A DNA stretch of 53,634 nt from the NCBI GenBank assembly GCA_018398765.1, contig JAHBMJ010000218.1:1-53634 (forward strand), written 5' to 3'. The position numbers and the translations under genes were made by a program. The stretch is from Chromera velia (lineage: Eukaryota). Under the pieces are notes generated by a model. That model worked only from the letters and a program-made list of their open reading frames with translations, was not told where the DNA came from and searched no databases. Below are positions 1 through 10,551 of the stretch, in pieces (the first letter of the stretch is position 1; the number at the start of each line of letters is the position of its first letter).

Positions 1-3000
1 GATCCCCCCCAGCTACGGACAAGAAAATCGCGTCCCCGCGATCAGTCAGACACATTCGAACATGTGCGGAAAGGGAAAAAAGGTGAGCAAAAGGATACGA
101 TCAACTAGACACAATGCAAAGTTTAACCCACGCAACCAACAGAACATCTTCAAGGAGGTAGTTGAAAAAATCTAGACGCAAAAGCTGACAAGCAGAAAAG
201 TTTTCTCCCATCGATGCAAGTCAATCAGATTAACGTACGCAAAAATACTATCATCACTGCCTTGCCGGCAATGCCAACCCGCCAGGTCTTTCCTTAAAAA
301 ACCTGTTTTAGGGATGTTGACTTGCTCGTAGCCTGTAAAAGCACACCATCTCTACCTGACGGCAGAGCCCGTCACTCGACGACCGCAAGCTTCCAATGCA
401 AGGTCTTATATTTTTCCAGCTTTCCATTAACCTCTCAGATCTCCGCGAAAGAAAGAACGAGACAGAAATGCTAGACAAAAAGAGCGACAGAGAGAAAGAT
501 ACAGTGAGGCATAGTCAGGCCTATGCGGTCACATGCACGCATACATCTCCATACCGATGCATACGCTCACAGCCGTCTACCTAGCTTTCTATATTTTCTT
601 TTTTCATCTTTCCCTCTTTCGCTCCCTTACTTCTCACTCCCGCTTTGCTCTCTCTTCTCTGTTTTCTCTCTCTTCTATCTCACTTCCTTTTCAAAGGCTG
701 CATGCGCATCTTCGCCTGTTGTTAACAATATCATAGATTGACTGAACACACAAGAACAGACATCAACGAATGAACGGCACCCGGTCAGACCTATCAGAGG
801 GAGACGCCTGCCGGCATACCGTCTGGCTCCACGCAGATGTTTGCGCAGAGACGGCTGGCTCCACTAAAGCCGCCATCCAGGGCTCCCATCAACTTCCGTA
901 CTGCGAGGGAGAGAGGCGATACCCAGAGACCCCAAAGGGCTTCCAAAGCACCGACATCCCCCTGCAGGGAGAAGATACAGAAGGGACAAAGAGATATGCA
1001 TGGGCTATCCCCTCGTTTTCTTTTTTCTTCTTCTTCTCTTCTCATTGAAATAGACATCTCTTTCTGTTTCTCTCAAGATTCGTTCTTTCTTTGCTCCTCC
1101 TCTACTCATTTTTCCTCGGCCTCTTCCAGTTTCTTTCTCTCAAAGAAAGAAACCAGGGATAATACGAAACGGTTTAAAGCAGTAGACGGAAACGAGAAGG
1201 AGACAGCGAATGAAGGCGCCCCCTCGTGCACTCATACTCTTAGCCATACGAGGGGTCTGACTCCGAAGCCACACGCAAAGCAAAGCCAAGAGAAGCCGAG
1301 AGAGAAGGAAGGTCACTCTTCTAAAAGGAGTCCCAGAAGTTTTGAATGCGCGGTACATGCGGCGCTCGACTTATCGTTCTCGCAGTCCACCTCTTTGACG
1401 CTCAGCTTCGCAATGAGCTCAATCCCCCCCCCAAGTCCAGTGCAGGGGCACAAGGGCGGTCACAGGCAGTCGCAGGTATGCGCAGGCATCAGCGCACGGC
1501 GGCGGTAATTAGGCAGTCCTCTGCCCGTCTCATGTGTAGCTGACGTAGGGGTAGGCAATCGATATCGAGTTCTCGTTGACAGAAGGATTTGGCCGTCTCA
1601 TCAAGCACAAACACATTTTCGCGCGTGTCAGTAGCTGCATAAAGGGAGGGAGGGAAGGGACCGGACACATTGCAGACTGCCCCACTGGTTTCTTTCTATC
1701 TCGTCTCTTCTTTCTATCTCGTTTTATCCCCTTGCTGTTCCTTTCGACACATGAACTCTCAACTCCGGATAAAAGATGCTCCAGTCACACTCAGTCGCTA
1801 GTGCTTCGTATGCTTTCGGACAGTCTCGATTCGATTCGCCCCCCCCACCCCGAAGCAACCCCCCTCTCCCCCTCTTTCCCCCCCTTTTTCCCTCCCCTTC
1901 TCTTCCCCTTTGTCCCCCGCTTTCACCCCCTTCTCCCATGACCCGCTTTGCCCTTCCCGATCCCTGTTAAAAATTTTGCCGGCGCCGGCGAGAGACAAGG
2001 CGGCAGCTGCCGTGTGGCTTACTCTGTCTTTCAGTAGGCCTGCCACGACCCTTCTGCCTCTCTTGCCGTCAAGGGCAGGCTCGATGTTATTTTGTACCCC
2101 TTCCTTACTTCCCCCTCCTTCCTACTCCAGGCTCGCCGCGTCGGGGTCCTAGAGCAGAAGGCCTTCCCCGGCTGGCACACCGGCCGTCGCCGCATTGATC
2201 CGTGTGGTACGCCGCCACCTGTCCCTTCTGTCTGTTTAACGCACATGCAGAGTCTCATACACCTGATCGAACGGCCACTTATCGAACGATCCACGTGATA
2301 GCCAGATAGCCAGAAGCGACAAGCTCACTCTTAGAAGAAAATGGCAGTATTGCAGACATATGGAGAGACGAAAGGCATTTTCCTGTGTTTAGACATTGTT
2401 GGAGGACCAGTCCAGACAGACCCAGACACGCTGGAGATGTTTACGGGCCGTGAAGGTGGTCAGCCTCACGCAGACAAGCAAGTAACCAACAGCAAAGACA
2501 AGTGAAGGTGATCAGCCAACACTCATCCGGAAGATGGAGACAATTGCAGAATCAGCAGAGATAAGGAGAGCACTCAACTGGCCGTTTAGATTGCGATCTG
2601 CTTATAGGCGGCGGTCTCAATGAAGTCAAGCTCCTCGAAAGTCCGAGCAACACCAAGCAACGTCTCTACCATCGGCTTTGGCGACCTCCGACGTCTTTGG
2701 ACTTTCCACTCAAGGACAAAGGCAAAGTCTAGGATCAGACTCGAAAGAGATATCCGAAAGAGGATTCCAGGCAGCTTGGGATGCAAGGGGATGCTGAATT
2801 CCCCTACTCATGGTCTTTGTCTGACCATGCCCGTATCGTTGCAATCGGCTTTCAACTGTTGTGCAAAAAGAAGATCTGATCTCCATCACAGAAGGAAAAC
2901 GAGAGTCGACACTCATTGAGCTGAGCAGTTACCATAATGCTGTGTCCCTCCTGTCCGGCCACCCTATGGCGTCCAGATAGAAGGTAAAGCAAGGACAAGA

Positions 3001-3470
3001 ACCTTAGGGAAACTCTAGAGAAGGAACGTGAGCAACACTTAGTTAGGCGACAGTTTACAGCAGGTTTGGCTCTAGAGCGATCTGGGATTCCAATCAACTG
3101 GGTTCATTCTATCATTGTATAGTTTCTACTCATTCCTCTCTCTCAGACTCTTAGGAGCTCTCTTGATCTGTGACAAACAAACATCAGACTCAAACGATGC
3201 TATCCGTTACTTAAGTGACGTGTTGCATGCTTGAATACGAAGATCAGACTCGATAATCATTTCGACAACTTTAATCGACGCGCGCGACACGTACATGCAT
3301 GCAAGACTTAGTCGATTGCATATAGTACACGCAGCGGCGGAGCATGGCGTTGGCATGCAGGCTCATTCAGATACAGCGCATGCGAGGGTCCAGAGGGCGG
3401 CGCCATAGGGTAGGACTCCACAAAAGGCAGATTTCCTTGACTCTCCGGCAGCTAGTCAATCAGAAACAAA

Positions 3471-3732
3471 ATACCAGGTACCAGAGCCCCCCCCAGAAGT
3501 CCAAAACTGTTCCTCTCAACGCAATCCTTGTTTGGTATGCGAAGGGAAATTTGCAAGGGGAAGAAGAAGCACTCTTTCTGCTTTCTTAGGTGCAACCGTT
3601 GCACAGACTTGGGGTCACTTGGCAGATTCCGAAAGGGAAAAATTCTTTTTTCCGGGTGTAAGTTGCTAGGTTGCCTGCTATTTGAGCTAAAAGGCCTATG
3701 ACGAATGGCCAGAGGCTCGTCTCGAGGCGCAG
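3471..3732 (+). pseudogene. Degenerate partial copy of the RBR E3-ligase-like sequence at 5790-6210
   Basis: Three collinear similar blocks: ccaggtaccagagc..aactgttcctctcaa (3474 vs 5792), gtgcaaccgttgcac..gaaagggaaaaatt..gtgtaagtt (3590 vs 6002) and ctcgaggc (3721 vs 6198). The copy has deletions and no open frame. Confidence 0.65.
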
Positions 3733-4229
3733 TGTACCCTCCACTTCGTGAACGGGATGAACGTGGCTGGTGAGGTGTTCGTCCTCACCCCCTTCTATAT
3801 CTATCGGGAGAACCAGAAGAGATTCCCATCTCCTGTATAGATGTGGATGTTGCTCTTTGGACCTTTGCCAACTGCGTGTGCGGAGGTGCGATCATTACCT
3901 GCAAATTCAGTCTCCCATACATGAAACTGGTGTCAACTACGGCTGACGACGTCAGTGATTTTCTGCTCCTGGTCGACGACTACTACTGCAAAGGTACGCA
4001 AGTAAATCCTTTTGTGGAGTATTAACGTCCTACAGTACTATCTAGAGTACTATAACTTGGTGGAGCTTTTTTTTGTCTCCTTCCCATCTCTTTGTATACA
4101 TTCATCTCCTTCCACCTCTTTGCCTACACCCGTCTCTCAGAAATTTTCCGTCTTTGTGTCTCTCTGAACCTCCTCCGCTTCTTTGCCTCCATCCGTTTCT
4201 ATCAATCTCCTTGCCTCCCTCCATCTCAG

Positions 4230-4520
4230 CCCCACGGCAATCATAAAAGTGAAACTTCATCGTGTGTGCAAGAAAAACAACTTTGGCTCGTTCTTCCCTT
4301 CTAGCCCCTCGACCTCGGAAGGACGATGACACTAAGGATCTCTGGGGGATTTTCGAGTTCTGCGAGGAAGACGGAGGAGTCCGCAATATTGTGCTTTGCA
4401 ATTATGCGTTTGACCTTCTGGAGGCAGTCAAGTACATCCACTAGAAGCGAGTCGTGTATAGAGACCTCAAGTGTAACAATGTGATGTTTTCCAAGTCGAC
4501 CAAGTCCCTCTGCATCATGT
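4230..4520 (+). pseudogene. Ser/Thr protein kinase fragment (subdomains IV-VIb)
   Basis: Translates as ..QEKQLWLVLPF*, then after a frameshift as DLLEAVKYIH*KRVVYRDLKCNNVMF, an HRDLKxxN-like catalytic loop. There is an in-frame TAG at 4442-4444 and similarity ends before the DFG motif. Confidence 0.75.
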
Positions 4521-5690
4521 CAGCTAAATTCTTGAGGAACAAGGAGACTTGTACTCTTTTTACCGAGAATGAAGGAACTTTTCCTACCAACTTAAACAAG
4601 TAGATTGACTCATCTCTTTCTCTTCTTGAACAGAAAATGGGGGCCCAGTTTGGGAAATCGAGAGAGAACGTACCCTCTGCTGCTCTCTATCAGATCCGAT
4701 GTTAGGTCAGCCAGTCGGAGACGCAGGGGAAGTAGGTCAAATTATTTATCTGGCTCGAATGAACTCGTTGGCTTCTTTTTTGGGGGGGTTGTCCCCTGCT
4801 TCCTGCTTCTTACGAACGTCGTCTTTCTTTCACTCAAAAGCCTGTACATAAAACAGACCGTGCCTTAATTCTATTTGCCATCTGAGGGAAATGTTTCAAG
4901 CTATTTGTCCGTGTTGCGGCTTCCGAGCTTCCGCCATTCATTCCTTCTTCGCCTGACTTTCTCCACTCGTTCTTTCTGCGTACCCTCTTCGCTTTCTCCA
5001 TAAGCAAGCTTTACTTTCCAACACGTTTCCATCTCTTCCCCTCCCCATCCTATCATCCTGCTGCAGCCTGCCTGGGGGAGGTACGAAAGGCGCGCCTGGA
5101 AAGAGAGTGACAGTTTGGTATCTCGGCTTCAACGATGAGACTGTAAAGGGACTCAGAGTAAAGCTGGAGGGCGACGCATTCACCTACGATTGCTACTAGA
5201 CCCAGGTCTGGTTTTTTCCTCCCTGAGGCTCCCTCTGTTCGAGTGAATGCAAGAAAAGTGGCTGTCTTCTTCTAATATTTTGCAGTAAGTAGAATGTTCC
5301 TTCCTTTCGGATGAATACTCTGTTCGGAATCCGTATCTTCTGATGCATGGGCACTCGCTCTTCGTCTTCTGATGATGTGACCATAGGCGGTGTCTTAATT
5401 CATGTTCCCCTCTCTTTTTCATGTGACCCCTGCATGGATGAGACGGTGTGCGGGTAGAGATCGTCTGGTGGTTACTGTCTCTATGTTTGTGTGTCCGTCC
5501 CAGTCAGCTCATTTCTTCTCTTTTTCTTTCCTTTGTTGTTGCACTGCTGCCTGCCTGCCCGCCTGCAGTCGTTTCATAGCGATGTACTCCAACGTGGTAA
5601 ACGATAACAAAATTTTTAAGTTAAAACCTGGCCCTGAGGGAGGGAGGGAGGGATTTTCTGGAGCATTTCATCCACCAGATTGCCGACACC

Positions 5691-6585
5691 ATGCCTGATC
5701 TTACGGATGGTGCAGACAGAGCTCGAGGGTTGGGAAGGGAGAAGACAGATGTCCTCCATTCTTCGAAAGCCAGATACTCAGCACAAAGATCCCAGGTACC
5801 AGAGCTCCCCTCGAAGCCTAGAACTGTTCCTCTCAATGCCATTCTGAGTCCGACAAAGAGGAAGGAGGTCGAGAAGGCAGAGGGCGGTATCTGCTACGAG
5901 AACTTTGATTGTGGAGATTTAGATTCGGTGTGGGAAGGGAAATTTTAGGGGGGGATGGAAGAAACACTTCACTTACAACGTATGTCTTTCGGCTTTCGTG
6001 AGTGCGACTGTTGCACCCAGTACAGCAGATTTGGAAGAATCTGAAAGGGGGAAATTTCTGTCTGCTGGCTGTAAGTTACGATGCCCTGGAGGAAAGATAG
6101 TTGAAGACGATTGCACGTCCTTTTTCTCCTTTTCAGAGTCTGACGTTGCCCGCAGCTGTCTGAGCAAGACGGCCCATAGGGAGTGGTTGAAAGCCTACCT
6201 CGAGGCAAAAGGGGTGAAAGTCTGGGCAGAGATGCAAGTGGTTATCAAGCAGGACGTGGCGAGACTTCGATCCCTCACCAGAGTGGATTGGGCAGTGAAG
6301 CGGGCTTTGGATGAGATTTTAGTTAAACGATGCCCAGGTTGCAGACAGGTGTACAATGAGTATGGAGGGTGTCTTTTGCCCCAATGCTCGCAGTGTGCCT
6401 GCCACTTCTGTGCTTGTGGAAGGATTAAGGTCACAGAACTGAATGAGGATCTCCATTCTCATATAGGGGAATGTTCAGAGAGTGAGTTCGAGGGGAGGTT
6501 CCTTGGGGTCTTCCCGAAGAAATTTAAAGAGAAGTGGAGGCTTTTGTCAAATTCAGGCGGACGATCAACATTATGTCTCTTGTGA
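5691..6585 (+). pseudogene. RBR (RING-between-RING/Ariadne-like) E3 ubiquitin ligase, disrupted
   Basis: Decayed RING1 (GGICYE..HFTYNVCLSAFV..LRCPGG..DDC) with two expected Cys codons one base from TGC (GGC, TAC). RING2/IBR-like KRCPGCRQVYNEYGGCLLPQCSQCACHFCACG follows. Stop at 5946-5948 and a frameshift in the adjacent G-run. Confidence 0.7.
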
Positions 6586-8254
6586 AGGAGTTTCCTGCAG
6601 GAGGAGATGAGAGGGCTGAGCTTCTGGGCCGCCTGGAGCCAGTCCTCTGACAGAGGGATCTTCCTGTGTCTGGGCTTTACGACTAGGCGGGGTGCAAGTA
6701 GGGGCCTGGTACGAAGAGGGCGAGGGGGTGTGGGGGAAGGTTGGATGTGATGAGCGAAGCAGTGCAGTCAGACCTTTCAGGGGAGAGCAAGGGAGAGCGT
6801 GATGGGCTACCTGACATTCCCAGCCGGAAATTCAATGCCAGAGCTAGATGGCTTGTCTTGGTACAGATCGGCCCTTCATCAGCACCGCGCTCAACCCCGA
6901 GACCACCTCCAACTCCAACTCTGATGGGCAGGAAGATCATCTTCCACTTCCTCCTTCTGCATCTACACCCCTTCACAGCGGCTGCTGCACCAGCTACGAC
7001 CGATCCTACACCAGAGGGGGATGTGGGACCATGCAGGGGCAGTGGTCCATCCCGTGATTCAATTTGAGTCTCCCGTCGTCAGCCTTGCATGACATTGTGT
7101 CGGAGCCTTTAGACATGGACATCAAGGAGGAGGACGAGATGGACAAGCAGGACCACCGCTCCAAGCGTCAACGCGAGTACAGCCCGATAAAGCACCACTT
7201 CGGCACCGGCCCTCACAGATCTCATGCATGACGGGCCTGAAAAGAAGAGCGGGAAAAAAGAGATGAACACGCAAGCTTCCAAATTGATGACCGTAAACGG
7301 CTATCAGGGGAACTTCAGCTGATACTCAGAGGGAGTGACAGCGAAACTTTGCTGCGAAAGCAAGTTTGGTCGTCATCGTCTTCCAATTGAATGCTTAATT
7401 TCACAAATGTCTTTCAACACTTTCTTCTTTTTTTCCTGTTCCTTTACCTGGCTGTTTCTATCCTGTCTTTTCTTTGACAGGAGGCTGGGTTCATGCCTTA
7501 TTCTATTGGCTTGCTCTCCACTTTATTTCAAAATTTTTGTTCTATCTATATTCATTTTCTTCGTATAGACCCCGAGCGTAACAATAAATGGAGGCATTGA
7601 TGAGACGCCAATCAGTGCGTCAGACTCTCCGTGTTTGTTACTTGTATTCATTGAGCGAATCTAATTGTATGAAAAGAGAGAATAGTTGACTTTCTTTATG
7701 AAGCAATGGAGATATGCATGCGAGCTTTGTATATGGCTTTCGACTCGGATGCAAGATCACTTAAAGGTTTTCATTAAATAGAATAAGTTCATAATATTCA
7801 GCAAAATTTGTATCAAATCTTAGACACTAGCTTCGACATCTTTGAACAGTTTTTCCTAGGGTTTTTCTTTTATAATTAAATGCTTATTTAATTTGAAAGG
7901 ATCTGACATTGATCAAGCTAGCCTGGCTAGAACTAATATTGTGCATGTTATAGACTTGGATGCAGCCTTTTCTTAAATCTATTTACCTAAATTGATTGAT
8001 TGACCATTGATTGGTTCTATGCTAGGTCTTTCCGCTAGGTTTATTTCTAAAAACTGCTTAAATCTACAGAGGTTTTAAAGTTTAAGAAGTTTAAATCTTG
8101 ATCTGGTGCTTCAAGACTAAGTTTAAGTATCACATTAAAAATTTAAAATTACTTTTCTATACATTGTGCAGAGACCCCAAACTTTTACTTTAGAATCACT
8201 TTAATATGAATGAATGAATTAATCATGCACTTAATTATAGTTAGAACTTTAAAC

Positions 8255-8690
8255 CTAGGCGACGCACAGTGGTAAAAAAAAAAAAATAGACCTTTCCAGA
8301 TTTTTTTTTCTTTTTTTCTACGAAGGATTTCCTAGAGCACCTCTAGGAGCACCTAGAGGAGCACCTTTTAGAAGTACTTTTAAACTAACTTCCTCGCGAA
8401 CTTATTACTCAACTCAAAGTTTTAAACATCTTTCAACCCTAGTTTCAACCCTAGTTCTAGTCCTAGTTGTTATTGTACGTTTGTCTCTACTAGTGTCTCT
8501 ACTAGTGTCTTCACCATTCCATCATCGACTTTGTTGAACACGGACCAACCGATCTTTTTTCCCTTGTTCAACTGCACTGTCACCAGACTTTATTTTTTTT
8601 TTACATATACAATAAAATTTTAAATAAATAAAAAAAAAAGAATAGACGTTTTCAGATTTTTTTTTTTTTTTACCACTGTGCGTCGCCTAG
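8255..8690. mobile_element. Non-autonomous TIR element (MITE family A), 436 bp, 8-bp TSD
   Basis: Left end CTAGGCGACGCACAGTGGTA(A)n and right end (T)nTACCACTGTGCGTCGCCTAG are inverted repeats. CTTTAAAC flanks both sides (8247-8254 and 8691-8698). There is no ORF. Confidence 0.92.
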
Positions 8691-9392
8691 CTTTAAACTA
8701 AATTCAAAGTTTTGTCTGATAATGATTCTAATTTATTCACTCTACTACTGTATAGCTAGTACTGTAGTTGGAGATTAAATTATGTGTAGATTTTTGAAGC
8801 TATTTTAACTAGTTCAAACACTATGGTTTGTCCATCTAAACTAATGGAAATTAACCTCTAAGCAGAAGCTAAAATTCCATTAAAAAAAAATGGAAGGCTT
8901 CTCAGTTGAAAGTTTTAGCACTGCATCTAATACTGTACATTAAAAAGTCCTGTTTCTTATAATACAAGTTTTATTTTATTATTTTACACTACGTGATTTA
9001 TGCAAAGTCTACGGTAGCAACAGATGCCCCCGTGTCACGGTGAAAAGGTGATGAAGACATACCAACGTACAGGCGCATGACTCATGATGAGGCGCCGCCG
9101 AGCCGGGCCGGGCCGGGCGTCTTGAGGGACGTAGTTTGCTTTGGGTATGATCTGTGAGAGCGTATGGGTAGGGTCATGCACGAAGCTGTCAGAAGCAACA
9201 ATCAATACTCAAGTTGAGTTAACCATTCTGGATATTGGTAAGAAGAGTTCGAACAAGGCATACCGAAAAAGAAAAGAAAAGGACGAAAAAGACCCCCGCA
9301 AAGGGTCCTCCGGCTGCAGTGGCCGCCGTGAACGGAAAACGAATTTCTATTTCAATTCTTATTGGGCTGCAGGAGCGACCGAAGCACGTGCC

Positions 9393-10374
9393 TCACCCCG
9401 TCAGTCCCTTCAAACTTAATGTAGATTCAAAGGGACCTAGTGACAGGGGTGCTTGCGGCAGCCGGAAGCTGCTATCTGTTTTAACGTCCTTTTCCCCTTC
9501 TTCCTCTGATATTTCTGGTATGTCAAGGCTACAAGAAGATCCTTCAGCGTTCTCACCATTGTCCTTCCGACTGCACTCTTCCTCTCCGTCCGCCTCCTCC
9601 AGAACCTTTTCACTCTTCTGTGTGAAGAGAGAAGAACGGAACAACGCTGGCTGCTCAGTCTGAGTGTCCTTCTTTGCAGAGGGGGGCGGCAACGCAAACG
9701 GAGAGGCTAACTTGAAGGGGGTGCCGGAGGGAATTTTTGGATCTGAGAGGTGTACCCTCAAGTCTTTGATGAGGGACTCTGCCGTCTCCTTTGCCCTTTT
9801 CATGGTCGAGCTCCAGGGAGGAAACAGAGACGGGAGAGACGGCAAAGAGGAGGGAGAGAGATTCTCCACTGCAATTTTCATTGCCCTCTGGAAAGTTAAA
9901 CGTGAGTGCCATTGCTGAGAAGGAGATCTGGTAGAATCAATCTCTCCCCCTCCCTTTAATCTCCGTTGGACCCCGTCTGGCCTTAGTTGTATTGCGATGT
10001 GGTCCTGTTCGGGCAGACGCTCCAACACACCCTTGAAGCCTCCATCAGCAAAGGAATCTGAGAAGGACTTCAACCAGGACCCAAGATCAGGAATCCCGCC
10101 TTCTCCTACGACGCGAGCGAAGTTGAGAATTAGATCGGCAGCAACCCTCAACTCAGGTGGGATGAGTGCCTCGATGGCCTCGAGCATCCGAATACCGTAA
10201 ATTGCCTGGGGAGGCAGGTTGGGGATGTCTCTGATCACGTCGGAGGGCATTGCTGTGATACACTGCTCAGACAAAAGAAGGTTGGGGTCGCTGCTGTCCC
10301 TCGGGTTCACGTACAGAACCTTGATGGTTCCTGGCTCTTGGTCCGGACTCTGGATGACCAACCTGCAGGCACGT

Positions 10375-10413
<39 letters not shown>

Positions 10414-10476
10414 TGCACACACACATACATGCACACACACATACATGCACACACACACACACACACATACATACAT

Positions 10477-10551
<75 letters not shown>

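Noticed and set aside
2340..3100. Possible LTR-retroelement gag/protease remnant on the minus strand (C*FCNCLHLPDEC knuckle-like motif)
   Set aside because: The motif contains a stop, and no RT, integrase or LTR is recognisable.
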